Assembly: GCF_004010195.1 (NCBI RefSeq)
Contig: NC_057751.1
Location: 2,747,984-2,811,983, forward strand
Reading direction: 5' to 3'
DNA from: Chiloscyllium plagiosum
Taxonomy: Eukaryota
Length of the DNA: 64,000 nt
In this document: one piece after another, positions 23,121 to 35,764 of the stretch
How positions within the stretch are numbered: position 1 is the first letter of the stretch
Layout: each line of letters starts with the position of its first letter
Notes under the pieces: model-generated
Database searches by the model: none
Told to the model about the DNA's origin: nothing
Seen by the model: only the letters and a program-made list of their open reading frames with translations
Position numbers and translations under genes: made by a program

Positions 23121-23297
23121 AGTGAAAACAGAAGTTTCTGGAAAAGCTCAGCAGGTCTGGCAGCATCTGTGAAGAGAGATCAGAGTTAACGTTTTGGGTC
23201 CTCAGAACGAACAAAGTGTCACCGGCCCTGAAAGGTTAACTCTGATTCCTTTCTTTTTCTTTCCAATTTACAGCATCTGCAGTTCTTTTGTTTTTTA
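23121..23297. mobile_element. ORF-less PLE-derived fold-back fragment
   Basis: CAGAGTTAAC / GTTAACTCTG mirrored around degenerate hammerhead halves; TSD TGCAAG(A/G)TGAGA at 23109-23120 / 23298-23309. Confidence 0.65.
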
Positions 23298-24054
23298 TGC
23301 AAGGTGAGACGTGTAGTTTAGCAGGAAACTTGCAGGTTGTGATGTTCTCTTGTCTTTCTCAATAGCCAACATCACGTGTTTGGGAAATGCACTGAAAGAG
23401 GCTTGGTGAGTTGCAGTCGTGCAATTTGTGGCTGATACTCACTACCACTTTGATACACTGGTGGTGGGGGGGTTTGAATCTTAAAGGTGGTGATGAATCC
23501 CAGGGGCATATCAATCTGCCATTTACCCAGCCCTTTACAGTACACCTATCTCCAAAGAATGGTTTTGTCACCATAGTCAAACAAAGCTGGAATGACAGCT
23601 ACACACCAGCCATGAAGTGAGCATTTAGCAGTCTCTACTGGTATTGAGTGAATGGTGAATATTGGCCAGGGCCAGCAGAGAATTTATTGTTTTGGACTCA
23701 GATGAGCAGAAAATTCTTCACTCAAAGAGTTGCGTATTTTTGAAATTCTGTGTGAATGCTCCATCATTGAATGATGTTTAGGTTTCCAGGAATGATTCCA
23801 GAGATAAGGATGACAGCTATGCGATTAATTGGACAAATTCAAATTTTTTTCCTCAGAGAAGGGAAGGCTGAGAGGAGATTTGATCGAAGCATTCAAAATC
23901 ATGAGAAGTCTGGACCAAAGAGATAGGGAGTAACTGTTCCAATTCATTTCAAGATCAAGAATAGGGAGGGCATAACTTTCAAGTAATTTCAAGTAATGTG
24001 ATAAACTTTTTCACATTGCGAGTAGTTAAGGCCTGGAATGAGCTGCCTGAAAGT

Positions 24055-24267
24055 ATCAAGAGTGTGCTGCTGGAAAAGCACAGCAGGTCAGGCAGCACCC
24101 AAATAGCAGAAGAATTGACGTTTCGGGCATAAACCTTTCATCAGGCAGGGCTTATGCCTGAAACATCAATTCTCCTGCTCCTCGGATGCTGCCTGACCTG
24201 CTGTGTTTTTCCAGCAATACACTCTGGACTCTGATTTCCAGTATCTGCAGTCCTCACTCTCTCCCCC
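24055..24267. mobile_element. ORF-less PLE fold-back inserted in an old CR1 3' end
   Basis: Inverted arms meeting at about 24145; TSD CTGCCTGAA(A/G)GT at 24043-24054 / 24268-24279; minus-strand CTGATGA..GCCCGAAACGTC at 24117-24144. Confidence 0.8.
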
Positions 24268-24784
24268 CTGCCTGAAGGTGTGTTGGAGGCAGGTTCAATT
24301 GAAGCATTCAGAAGGGATGAGATGGTTATTTGAGAAGGAACCACGTACAGGATTATGGGAAAAGGCAAGGGAATAGGTGAAAAATTCTGCAATCCTTTGA
24401 TGTTATTTGAAGGTAAGGAAGCAGATCCGATGTTATATATTCACACTGCAGCTGAGGCTGAAGGAATGCTATTGTGTCAAAAACCAGAGTAGTGATGATG
24501 AAGTAGAAATATCCCAAGACCTGCAGCCAAAAAAAATGGATGGCTGTTCCTCAAATAACGGTGTGGGTCCAGTGATTGCAAGTAAAAGAATTCCTATTTG
24601 TTGCACTGAAACTATACATTTCAACTACACACACACACACACAATGTGAAAACAAAAACAAAGAACAAAATTCCACAAGATCAAATGTCCAGACCACAGG
24701 GTGGCAAGTCCTTGTTTTCTTCACAGTCCTTATGATTTATGAAATGATGAGATTCTGTAGTCTGTACAATACCTTTCAGCTTGA

Positions 24785-25130
24785 TGATTTGGTGTTGGAC
24801 TGGGGTGGACAATGTTAAAAATCACACAATGCCAGGTGAGAGTCCACCAGATTTATTTGGAAGCACGAGCTTTCAAAGTGCTGCTTCTCCATCAGGTGGT
24901 TGTGAAGCAGAACCATAAGACACCGAATTTATATCAAAAGATTTCAGTGTCATGCAGCTGCAATAATATATTGGACAAACTAGATTATTAAGTCTTTGAG
25001 AATGGGTTTGCTGGTTTCGATTCTTAAGTCACATTCTCAAGATCACTTCAGGATTTATAAGAAAAGGTGACATCTCCGCTCAGACAATGCAATGGGATGC
25101 AGAAAGATTCTAACCTCACACCTTTAATGC
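24785..25130 (-). mobile_element. Penelope-like terminal region, family with AGCT-type hammerhead
   Basis: Minus strand CAC-CTGATGG-AGAAGCAGCACTTT-GAAAG-CTC-GTG at 24864-24898; related to 1651, 27770 and 38330-38620. Confidence 0.6.
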
Positions 25131-25656
25131 TCATTCAAAGCTGTGGGGATTTTTTTTCTCCTTGAGGGAAAGTTAGAATTAGAGGACACAGTTTAAAATG
25201 TACTGATCTCCCATTTCAGGTGAAGATGACTTTTATTCTCTCAGAGGGTTGCGAATCTTGCAAATTGTCTTCTACAGAGAACAGTGGAAGGTTAGTTACT
25301 GAATATATGTTTACAGCTGAATCAGATAGACTTTTGACTGACAATGGAGTCAAGGGTTCTGGAGGCAGAACAGAAGTGGAGTTGAAGTGAAGATCAGCTG
25401 TGACCTTGAATGATGGAGCATGCTCAAGGGGCAGTATGGCCTACCCCTACTCCTTTTTCTCAGGTTTCCTCAATTATTAATTGCATTTATTGAACAAGAG
25501 ATGAACAAGTAAATAAATAGCAGTGGCATTCTTTTTGGAAGAAATGTTTCAATCAACTATTTCCAAAGGTAACACGAATCATTCCTTTCAGATTACTTTA
25601 TGCTACTGTTGCATTCTGTGGAAAAGGGAGCACACAAAGATGGCCAAATGAGGTTT

Positions 25657-25985
25657 TCATGGAATCCCTACAGAGTGGAAGCAGGTCATTCGGCCCATCA
25701 GGTCCACACTGACCCTTTGAAAAACACCAACTCTCTCCCTGTAACCTTGCATATCCCATGCCTAATTCACCTGGCCTGTACATTCTTGGACACGAATGGC
25801 AATTTAGGATGGCCAATCCACCTAACCCGCACATCTTTGGATTGTGGGAGGAAACCAGAGCACCTGGAGGAAACCCACACAGACACGTGGAGAATGTGCA
25901 AACTCCACACAGACAGTCACCCAAGGGTGGAATCGAACCCAGGTCCCTGGCGCTCTGAGGCAGCAGTGCTAACCACTGAGCCACC
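25657..25985 (-). mobile_element. HE1-type V-SINE
   Basis: Reverse-complement head and V-domain. Confidence 0.9.
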
Positions 25986-26149
25986 AGTATATTTATGAAA
26001 AAGGTTTGATAGGGTAGGTAGACAAAAAATATTTCTACTTGTGGGAAACAGAAAATTGGGACCAGAAATATAAGGCAGCCACAAATAAACCTTCCAAGAA
26101 GGCAACGGAGTAAGACTCTTCAACTGGAACTTATCCACTTAGTCCATTT

Positions 26150-26715
26150 CTTGATTTTACCTGTTTTTTTTATCTTTTGTGTTTCTTTCTTCCTTCCTTC
26201 TTCTCCATGATGTCCTGAACTCCCAACCTCAGTGCAGACTTGGATGCTTACCTTCAGCATGGACCTCATTGATAATCATAGAGATCTCCCAGCTTGGCAG
26301 TGGCAGTCTCTCGGCAGCCCAATGTGGAGGTCTCTCAGTGGCCTGGCGTGGCGTCAGCATTGACTTCCAGTCCCAAGATGATTCCTGTGCATTTTCCCAG
26401 CCTTGAGAGTGAAGCCTGACACAGTCTGAAGTCAAGGCCGAACACGGACTAGAGGCTTGTTGCCAGTGCGGACTGGGTTGGAAGGACTGTTATTTTTATT
26501 TCTTTATTTCTCTAATTTGTTCTGAAGATCCGCAATGCTGCTCTTTTTGTTTCTTTATTTTTCTCACTTTTCCCCCAAAGCATTTGTACTTCTGAACCTG
26601 TACCTTGGGACCTTTGGACCTAAGGTAGAAGTGGAGACTCGTAAATTTTTCACTGTACGCATTTGAGTGCATGTGACAATAGAGCTCATTGTATTTGTAA
26701 TTCCAATTCTAAATC
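26150..26715 (+). mobile_element. non-autonomous retroelement with Rex-like tail
   Basis: Pyrimidine tract, GC-rich middle, tail TTTTCACTGTACGCATTTGAGTGCATGTGACAAT. Confidence 0.5.
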
Positions 26716-26849
26716 CAGTTGGGGAAATCAGGAGAAACTTTTTTCCCCAGAGAATCATGAGAATGAGAAATGCACTTCCACAGGGCGCAATTGAGGTGAA
26801 ATATATTGATTCATGTCCTTTTCCTGTGCTGTAATTTATCTGTAAAGCG

Positions 26850-27070
26850 CTTGCATTTATCTAGTGTTTTCACCACCTCAGCATGCACCAAAACACTTTG
26901 CAGACAGTGGTATTCTTTCAAAGTGTACTGACTGTGTTATAAGTGTGTGAAATACAGCAGTCAATTTGCACACAGCAGGCTCCAACACACAGCAATGTGA
27001 TAACAAGCAGAAAAATCTGCTCTCTACTGCTGATGTTCGAAAGATAAACATTGGCCACAGGACATGCAAT
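26850..27070 (-). mobile_element. Deu-type SINE 3' half with L2-like tail
   Basis: Minus strand TGGCCAATGTTTATC..GCCTGCTGTGTGCAAATTGACTGCTG..CACTTTGAAAGA..ATAAATGCAAG. Confidence 0.65.
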
Positions 27071-28599
27071 TCTGTGTAAAAATAAATCTTCCAGGGCAGA
27101 GAGTGACCTTGGCTGCCTCTTCAAATAAGTGAGAACATCTGCTCTAAGCCTGGAGTTGACGCTGGTGCTTTGTGTCTTACACTGGATGAGTGTGAAGTGG
27201 GCAAAGGCTGTTTATTTCTGCCAGTGAGTACGTTACTGACAGACAAGTATGTTCATTCTGAATAGCAGGTTGGGCAAGGAGTTGTCCCTGTACAGCACAC
27301 TTCAAAACACAGAAGTAATTGCCAGCAAAGATGCAAAGTTGCAGCGAACAGTTGTTTTCTTTGTGCTACAATGAATTCAAACTGTTCTGGAATTAATTCA
27401 TGCAGCTGCATGGATTCAATTCAATCTGTCCTCAGGTTTCTATAACCCACAGAAAGCACCACAACACTCTTCTCAAGTAGCATCTCGTCATGCTTTTTGT
27501 CAATCCTTGTGTATGAGTGAGGGTGGAGATTACAGGGATTTTCTGCCTTTCCTTTTCATGTGTTTTCTGTTTAGTGGATGATTCATTTGGTCTATGATGC
27601 AGAGAAAGCTCTGCACAGGGCCTGCATCACTGTTCTCGATGAAGTGCAGGAAAGAATTTTTTTGTTGTTGCTGATTGAGATATGGGCCAGAATTTATTGT
27701 CCACCATGAATCGCCCTTATGGACTGTGGTTTTCCGAACCACTGGAGTGCACAGTATCTCTTCAGCACAATGTGGAGGTGCTGGTGTTGGACTGGGTTGG
27801 ACAAGGTCAAAAATCACATGACACGAGGTTGTAGTCCACTTGTAGACACGACTTGATTTGGAAACCTGGTCTCTCGTGATTTTTGACCCTCTTCAGCACA
27901 TTTTAGGAAGTTTGAATATTTTGAACCAGTGACACTGAAGAAAAGACAATCTTGGCTGAGTTCAGCATGGTGTGTGTGATATTCCTGACCATCTGAACAT
28001 TCCCATTCAGTTAGCCAGAAACGCGACAGCTGCCAGCCAATTCTTTTCCAGCTGTTCAAACTCAAGTACTGAGCAGGACAAGAGGAGAAACATCATGGAA
28101 ACTTCAAATCACTCCCCGTCTTGAGGTGGATATCAATTGGTATTGCTTCACCACCGTTGACCTGAAGACCAGGAATTCCCAAATGAGCATCACTGGATGA
28201 AAACAGCATTATCGCAGCACTGGACAATATCAGCATTGCCTAGCTTCCTGAGAACAAGTCACAAAAATGCAAAGGAACATTTTACTTTCTGTGCTCCACA
28301 CATATTCTGTCCTGTCACGGTCTCTGCTCCATTTTTCTAATTCCTGAAGGTATATTTTCAACAAAACTCAACATACAGAACGAGAGAATGTCCTAGCACT
28401 TGTTAAGCCTCTGCTGATTCTGTATTTCACGATAAAAGCACCCTTATTCTCCCATTACCTCTTGCCTTACACTTCTCTCGAATCCTGAACTGCAGCGGTA
28501 ATCGGGCATTTCACCAGTTTTCTATTTAAATTAGTTAATTTCACACTGCATTAAACTCTATCACATAGAATGACAGAGATTATCTTTTCCCCTTTATAT

Positions 28600-28925
28600 T
28601 TGTCCTGAGATAGAGGTGTGGTTGGCAGAGGCCAGCAGTTCTTATCTACCAGAGTTAAATCACACTGCTGTGGGTCAGGAGTCCCACTGAGGCCAGACCT
28701 GTTGAGGACAGCAGATTTCCTTCCTAAAAGCATCTGATTGAATCATATGGATTTTTATGACAAATGATGATTATTTTATTGCCACTATTACTGAAATTAG
28801 TTTTCAATTCCAGAATTATGAATTGGATTTGAAGTCTGCTCGCTGCTGTTTGAACCCACTGTTTGATCCCCAGAGCTGGATCCTCTGAAGTGCGAGACCG
28901 GAGATATGGCCATTGCACCACCATC
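28600..28925 (-). mobile_element. Meta-domain-like tRNA SINE
   Basis: Homologous to 4085-4457 (TTTAGGAAGGAAATCTGCTGTCCTCAACAGGTCTGGCC..GACTCCTGACCCACAGCA). Confidence 0.7.
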
Positions 28926-29183
28926 TTCTCTGGCAGCACACAAGCAGAAACGATTCTCCTCAGTCTGGACCAGTATTTATGCCCCATACAAGCCTCCTCC
29001 CACACTGTTTTGTCTCACTCTATTAGCATATGCTTCTCTTCCTTTCTGTTAGTGAAGTTTCTCCTTCCATTACATATATTTGGTATGTCTCAACCACTTT
29101 CCTGTGCTGGTGAATTACACATTCTCACCACTTTTTGGGGGGCAGAAGTTTCTCCAATCATGAACAGTCTGATTGTTTCCGAA

Positions 29184-29497
29184 AGATTAGATTAGATTAG
29201 ATTACTTACAGTGTGGAAACAGGCCCTTCGGCCCAACAAGTCCACACCGACCCTCCGAAGAGCAACCCACCCAGACCCATTCCCCTCCACCTAACACTAT
29301 GGGCAATTTAGCATGGCCAACTCACCTACCCTGCACATCTTTGGACTGTGGGTGGAAACCAGAGCACCCCGAGGAAACCCACGCAGACACGGGGAGAATG
29401 TGCAAACTCCACCCAGACAGTTGCCTGAAGCGGGAATTGAATCCAGGTCCATGGTGCTGTGAGGCAGCAGTGCTAACTACTGTGCCACCGTGTCACC
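29184..29497 (-). mobile_element. HE1-type V-SINE, (TCTAA)n-tailed, young
   Basis: (AGATT)n at the left end; near-consensus body. Confidence 0.92.
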
Positions 29498-29509
29498 CAC
29501 GGTGTGTTC

Positions 29510-30228
29510 CCACTTGGATGTTCTAATCCAGAATTCTCTTAAGGGAAACTTGCAGATTGAGTCAGTAGTTAGGAAGGCAAATGCAACAATGGCATTTAGT
29601 TTGAGAGGACTTGAATATAAAAGCAGGGATGTACTTCTGAGGCTCTACATGGCTCTGGTCAGACCACATGTGCAGTATTGTGCGCGGTTTTAAGCCGCAT
29701 TTCTCGGGAAGGATGTACTGGCCCTGGAGCGTGTACAGAGGAGGTTCAAGGGAATGGTCCTCAGAATGTGCAGCGTCACATATGAGGAACGTTTGAGGAC
29801 TGTGGATCTATACTCGATAGAGTTTAGAAGGATGAGGGGGGATCTGATTGAAACGCGCAGAATACTGAATGGCCTGGACAGAGTGGATGTTAGGAAGATG
29901 TTTCCATTGGGAGGAGAGACAAGGACCGGAGGGCACAGCCTCAGAATAAAGGGAAGAGTTTTAGAACAGAAATAAGGAGAAACGTCTTCAGCCAGAGAGT
30001 GGGGAACCTATGGTATTCACTGCCTCAGAAGGCTGTGGAAGCCAGGTCATTGAGTGCATTTAAGATGGAGATAGGTAGGTTCTTGAGTATCAAGGTATAA
30101 AGAGGATCAAGGGTTACAGGGAGAAATCGGGAGAATGGGGTTGAGAAACTTATCAGCCATGGTTGAATGGTGGATGAGATCGATGGGTTGAATGGCCTAA
30201 TTTCGGCTTCTATCTTTTATGGTCTTGT
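29510..30228 (+). mobile_element. CR1 LINE 3' fragment
   Basis: RGLEYKSRDVLLRLYMALVRPH; YEERLRTVDLYSIEFRRMRGDLIET. Confidence 0.9.
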
Positions 30229-30559
30229 AGCTCTGAGTTTCAGTTTCACCCAGAAAACAAAACATCTTCATATTTACTCCCAAGAAACACTCCCACAATC
30301 TTGAAGATTTCACTAAATAATGGTTAAGAATGATCAATAACAATACTGGGTCAATGCTGAGTGTTCTACCTGAATAACCGAAAAAGGGAAAAAAGGAAAC
30401 TCAATCAAGAAATTGCAGATTAGCCCCTCGCTAATTAACTTGGCATTGAGCAGATAGCTCATTGAGATTGGCAAATATCCGTCACAAAAGTAACGATGAC
30501 AACAAGGTGACACATTTGTAGCATTTAAGTAGGAAAAGGTGAGTGCAGTTATATAAATC

Positions 30560-30930
30560 AAAGAACTGTGAATGCTGGCAATTTGAAAGTAAAACAGAAA
30601 TCATTCTGTCAAAGTACCCTATTGTCTGTATGTCCTTGCTTACTGTGGTCTACCTGTGCTGCTTGAAAACAAAGCTTTTCACTGTACTTAGATACACGTG
30701 ACTACAATCAATCACATCAAATCAGTGAATCAAATCAATTCAAATTGCTGAGGAAACTCAGCAGTCGAGAAGCATCTGTGGACTCAGAAACAGAGTTCAT
30801 GTTTCGAGTCCGGTGACCCTTCTTCAGAACTGATGGCCTTGTGGAAAAGGTAGTATTTACCTTGATTATAGGGGGTAGGGGTTTGAGGGGGGAATAGCAG
30901 GGAAAGGGGTGAGCGGATAGGTGGAGACAG
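30560..30930 (-). mobile_element. PLE terminal fragment with hammerhead-like motif, interrupted by a Rex-type tail (about 30605-30742, +)
   Basis: Minus strand AGTT-CTGAAGA-A-GGGTC-ACCG-GACTC-GAAAC-ATG-AACT (cleavage triplet mutated). Confidence 0.6.
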
Positions 30931-32039
30931 AATGGAATAACCAATTACAACATGGCTATGAAAAAGGTGTTTATGACAAAGCTGGAGAAAGTTTAAAAAG
31001 TCATATGAGCAAGCCATTTCATGTTTGAGAATTTATGGTTCAAAATATATTATTGTTTGCCCAATTGTAATGAAATGAACTTTGCGCACATCAGAATTTC
31101 TAGTAACATATACATCCTTGACGCGAGGTTATCAGTCCCAAAAGACATTTATCTGATTGAAATCTTGTGCTGAAGCACTCTGCACAGTTTTGTTAATTCT
31201 CACATTTTTGCTACTTTTCTTTAACAAGTGTTGCTTTACATGGCAGATTCATGAGGCAGTGAAAACTTGTGACTCTCAAATGCCTTAAGATTTTTGCCAG
31301 AAATGGAATACCTTTTAGTGGCTGGCATTAAATGACAGTGTGAACACTACCAGAGGCCACTTGAGAGCTGACAGGCCATTGTTAATTAACCCTTGGAATT
31401 GTAAAGCAGCGTGCTGCTTACTCATGGCTTTGCTGTTCTCATAGTTTCCTTCGAGACCTGTTCTCAGTTTCAGTCTTGGCAAAGAATTAATGCGCATGTC
31501 CCTTAAGGGCAGATGATAAGACAGCTGAACGAACATGGATAAACTAGTAAACAAAGGATCTTTGCAAACCTGCATGTTCAACATCAATTCCAAAGTTGTC
31601 CTTCAGGACATTCCAATTGACCCTGTCAGTCCTCATTCCCCCATCAGAAGCACAGGGCACTGAATTTGCTGTTAGATTTCTGATACCACCCCAGGTTGAA
31701 ATGCCATTCCGGTGAGACTGATCCAGTGCTTTGTTCTGGTGCCACATTTCTGGATCTCGCGCTGTGGGTCATCCAGTAAGGGGCAGAAGACAGGCCTGGT
31801 TGCAATCTCCAATTTGAGGATGTGAATTATCCAGGGAAGAGGAGCATTGACACGTGGGAGAAGGTGTGCGCAGCTTGGCTCATTCCATCTTTGCAACCAA
31901 GGAAGACACTATTAATGTGGGAAATGGAGGAAGAGAAAGAGAAGTTAGGCAAAGTAGTTTCCATGCCCCTCACATTTCAATCATAAGTTGGTTGTCAATG
32001 CATTGGGTATTGGGTCTTTTCCCTGCAGTACAAATTAAC

Positions 32040-32584
32040 TAAAGCCTGAAGGTATCCAGTTTACTTTACCTCAGCAGTTGCTGTTAGCTGTTGCTTTTAA
32101 CTGTTAAGGCAGAGACTTTCTGAATTGTGAACCAGTTGCTCTGTGCCTCATATAAGCAAGTGAATGTACCTGGAAAAGCAAGATCAATGACCAAGAAGGC
32201 CTGGCACGCCAAAAGGATCATAATAGCTAACCCTATGGAGGGTACCACTGAACCTTGCCTCTAATCAGAACACCCTTTTCTTTTCTCTCTGTGTTATCTG
32301 AATGTTTGTTTGGGGGGTGTTTTACAACAGAGTGAGTTGTTTTGACCAGTAGAGTTACATATAAACAGTTAATATTTGTGCACCTATTGCTTGAATCTAT
32401 TTATTTGTAATCAATAGTACTTCTTGTTAAGTACAGAAATCTGGAACGTGCTCCTGTCAACTTGGGTCTAAAAAGGCAAGCCAATGAGGGAATTTTGCAG
32501 ACTTTAATGAAATCTTGAATTTTTCTGAAACTCCAGAAATAGTAGAGCTTGATTTCCAGTGCACTACCCCACTGAGATGTGTCA
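32040..32584 (+). mobile_element. old LTR-like repeat
   Basis: 32430-32560 is a diverged reverse complement of 54950-55070. Confidence 0.4.
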
Positions 32585-34229
32585 TGGTTGTCTGCAGTGT
32601 TGTGCTGAGGTTTAATCCGAATGTAAAATATAGTAACTTAATCTACTCACCCCTCAACTCACTGCTATCCATGTGCATGTCCAGCAGTCGCTTAAATGTC
32701 CCCAATGACCCTGCTTCCACCACCACCGCTGGCAACGCATTCCATGCATTCACAACTCTCTGTGTAAAGAACCTTAGCCAGCTATTCTTCCAAAAAGAAG
32801 GAAATTTGATGCATTATGGTTTACACCATGAGTTATCCAATGTACCTATGACTGCAAACAATTGTTCTCATGCATTGGCAAAACTATTTGCAATTCCAGG
32901 TTATTCGAGTCAGTCTCTCTTTTGTGAGACTCGTTCCATGCATAGCAAGCATGTGGTAAAGCAGCTTTTCTTTTACCGTCACTGGTTGGAAGGATGTGCA
33001 CTCTGGTTTTTTTACTGATATATTCTTAGCTAAATGCTAATTTCCACAGTTTGTTTGCTCGTTCATCATCCAGTATTGCCTCCAAAACAAAGTAAGTCTC
33101 CAATGAAATGTTTAAGGTTGTTAGGCTGAGTTTCCAACTTGCTTCTGTTGAGATAAGGGTGCATCTAATATCTGGAATTCAAGATCTTAAGTGTTGCCAT
33201 TGGATTGGTTTCTCAGATGACTTGGCATTTTTTAAAAATTCTCTTGTGGGACAGAAGTGTGAGCATCTTGGGGTGAACGTCATTCCATCTCGACTTTGCC
33301 TTCATGGGTTTCATTTGAAATATCCCCTGGTGTCACTTTACATGGGTCTGTGGAGTTCATCATGTTGCAGGGAGTGCCAGGCATTGATCCAGCACTTCAT
33401 TTTTGTTTGATATTCTTGAGTTGGTCAGAAATCATCTCTCACTTTCAAGCTTGATGCAACCAAACTGCTCCAAGTTGCTGATAGAATCATCCAAATCTTG
33501 TCTGATGTGTCTCCAGTAACAACACTTGATTGGTCAGAATTGTTGTCTGACATCCATGTACAGTAACCTCTATTTTATTAGTAAACCTGTATGTCCTCTT
33601 CCTAGCTCAACACAATGTGATTGCAATTAAAACATCGTTTCAGATGGGCTTTCTTTTGTTACATGTGATGACTTCCACAATATTGGCAACTTGGCCTTCA
33701 TCTGTCAGCCATTGCAGTTGAAGTGCCTTCACTTTTGCAACCTTGGAACCATCTTAACCCCAAAATGCAGCATACTCTCGGTACACAGGGTCAGAGTCAA
33801 TACTGAGTTGACAGCTGAGAAATTTTACTTTTCATTTTGGGTCTAAAGTCAAGCAAACAGCAGATACCAACCAGATGTGTATCTGATAACACCACTACCG
33901 ACTGGTGTTTGCCAGACTGTATTTCAGCAAGGTAGCCAATGGGTGGGTCAAGTCTGGAAGCTTTGGAGGAGGGAAGTGATGGTACAGGGAGGGAGAGTGG
34001 TGGGGACCTTTGAATGAGCTAGCACACAACCAAGAGGTGTCACTGTACTGCTCTTGAGCCCTCAAAATAAAATTCCTATATCTCCTGTGCCTTTCTGTTC
34101 AACAGCTTCCATTGGACCCTTCAAAGAGTCTCTGGTAAAACCACTCAACAAAATAATATAAACTTCACCCAACCGACGACCACAATCACTGAGGAAAGTA
34201 CTTACTCATGTGGCCCATCTGACCTGCTT

Positions 34230-35110
34230 GTTTTGAATGTATTCATGGGACCTGGGTGTTGCTGGCTGCCCATCCCTAACACCATTGAGAAAAACTGCCT
34301 TCTTGATCCACTTCAGTATTTGGGGTGTCAGGACAGTCAGAACTTTGACCGAGTGACACTGAAGGAACATCAATATAATTCCAAGTCAGGATGGAGTGTG
34401 GCTTGGAGGGGAACTTGATGATGGGGCTTGAAGGCTGTGCATCCACTGCTCTTGACTTTCTATGTTTCACCCCCCCCCCACCCCCCGGCCCCCACCCCTC
34501 CAGCCCCCAGACCCTTGGTGGGTTGCTGCAGGGCATCATGTAAATGCTGGTGCCACTTTGTGTCATGCTGGAGGGAGTGAATGTTGAAGATGGTAGACTA
34601 GGTGCCAGTCCATCAGATTACTTTAACCGGAATGGTATCAAACCTCTTGCATGTTGATTGAGATGCACTCATCTGAGGCAATGGAGAATATTCTATCACA
34701 TTCACGACATGAACACTTGAACCTGGATAGGTTTTGGGAAGACAGGAGGGGAACTATGTGCTGCAAAATTGCTAGTCTCTGACCTGGTGTTGTAGCCACA
34801 CTATATATATATATTGGCATGCCAAAAGGTGACCTCTCAGGATATTAATCATGGGGATTCAGCAGTGGTTATGTCATTGACCATCCAGAGGTGATAGTTT
34901 GAATCTCTTGTGTCTGGTGGTTGTGGCACCCATGTTACTTGCTACTGATAAGCCCAAGGGTGAATGTTGTACAGGTTGTGTTCCATATTGACACAGAGTA
35001 CTTCAGTATCTGAGGAATTGTGATGGGTGCTGAGCATTATGCAAATATAAGCAAACATTCCCACTTCTGACCTTAGGATGGAGGGAAAGCCTTTGGTGAA
35101 GCAATTGACC
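34230..35110 (-). mobile_element. CR1-group family B 3' fragment
   Basis: Reverse complement of 20300-21150-like sequence. Confidence 0.7.
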
Positions 35111-35289
35111 ACAGCAAATCGGATTTCACATTTTCACCATTTTCTTTCCCACCCTAAACTCCCATGAAGAACACATATCGATCCAATGCAGCCTTGAGTA
35201 CATTCAATGATCCAGCCTTCCGTGGGAAGGCATTCCAAAGACAAACAACCATCTGAGAGAAGAAATTTCTCCTCACCTCTCAAAGGGTT

Positions 35290-35764
35290 AGTGCCAGCTG
35301 GAGTTCAGTTTGGATAAATGCAAGGTATTACATTTTTTTCAAAACAAACAAGGACAGGATTTATACAGTTAAAAGTGGGGCACTGGGTAATGTTATAGAA
35401 CAGAGAGACCTTGGGATTCAGGTGCATAATTCTTTGAAGTGTCCATCACATCCCAATAGGGTAGCTAAGGTGGCACTTAGCACACTTGCCGCAGTTGCTC
35501 AGACCTTTCAGTATAGGAGTTGGGATTTTGTGTTGAGATTGTACAGGGTGAGACCCCTTCTGGGGTAGTGTGTCCAGTTCTGTTCTCCCTGTGACAGGAA
35601 GGATATTACTAAACTGGAGAGGGTTCAGAAACGATGTGCCAGAACGTTGCTGGGAATGGAGGGTCTGAGCAATAAAGAGAGGTTGGATAGGCTGGGACCT
35701 TGTTCACTGGAACGTGAGAGGTTGAGGGGGTGATCTTATAGATGTTTATAAAATCATGAGGGGT
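35290..35764 (+). mobile_element. CR1 LINE fragment
   Basis: Degenerate CR1 ORF2 C-terminus (KLERVQKRCARTLLGMEGL..ERLDRLG). Confidence 0.8.

Noticed and set aside
24452..24560. Possible exon LRLKECYCVKNQSSDDEVE...
   Set aside because: Weak donor site and no recognisable homology
32780..33850. Possible piggyBac or pogo DNA-transposon remnant (EQTN / PVTVKE-like peptides, TTAACCC)
   Set aside because: Motif similarity is too weak and the putative end faces the wrong way; a tBLASTn/HMM search would be needed
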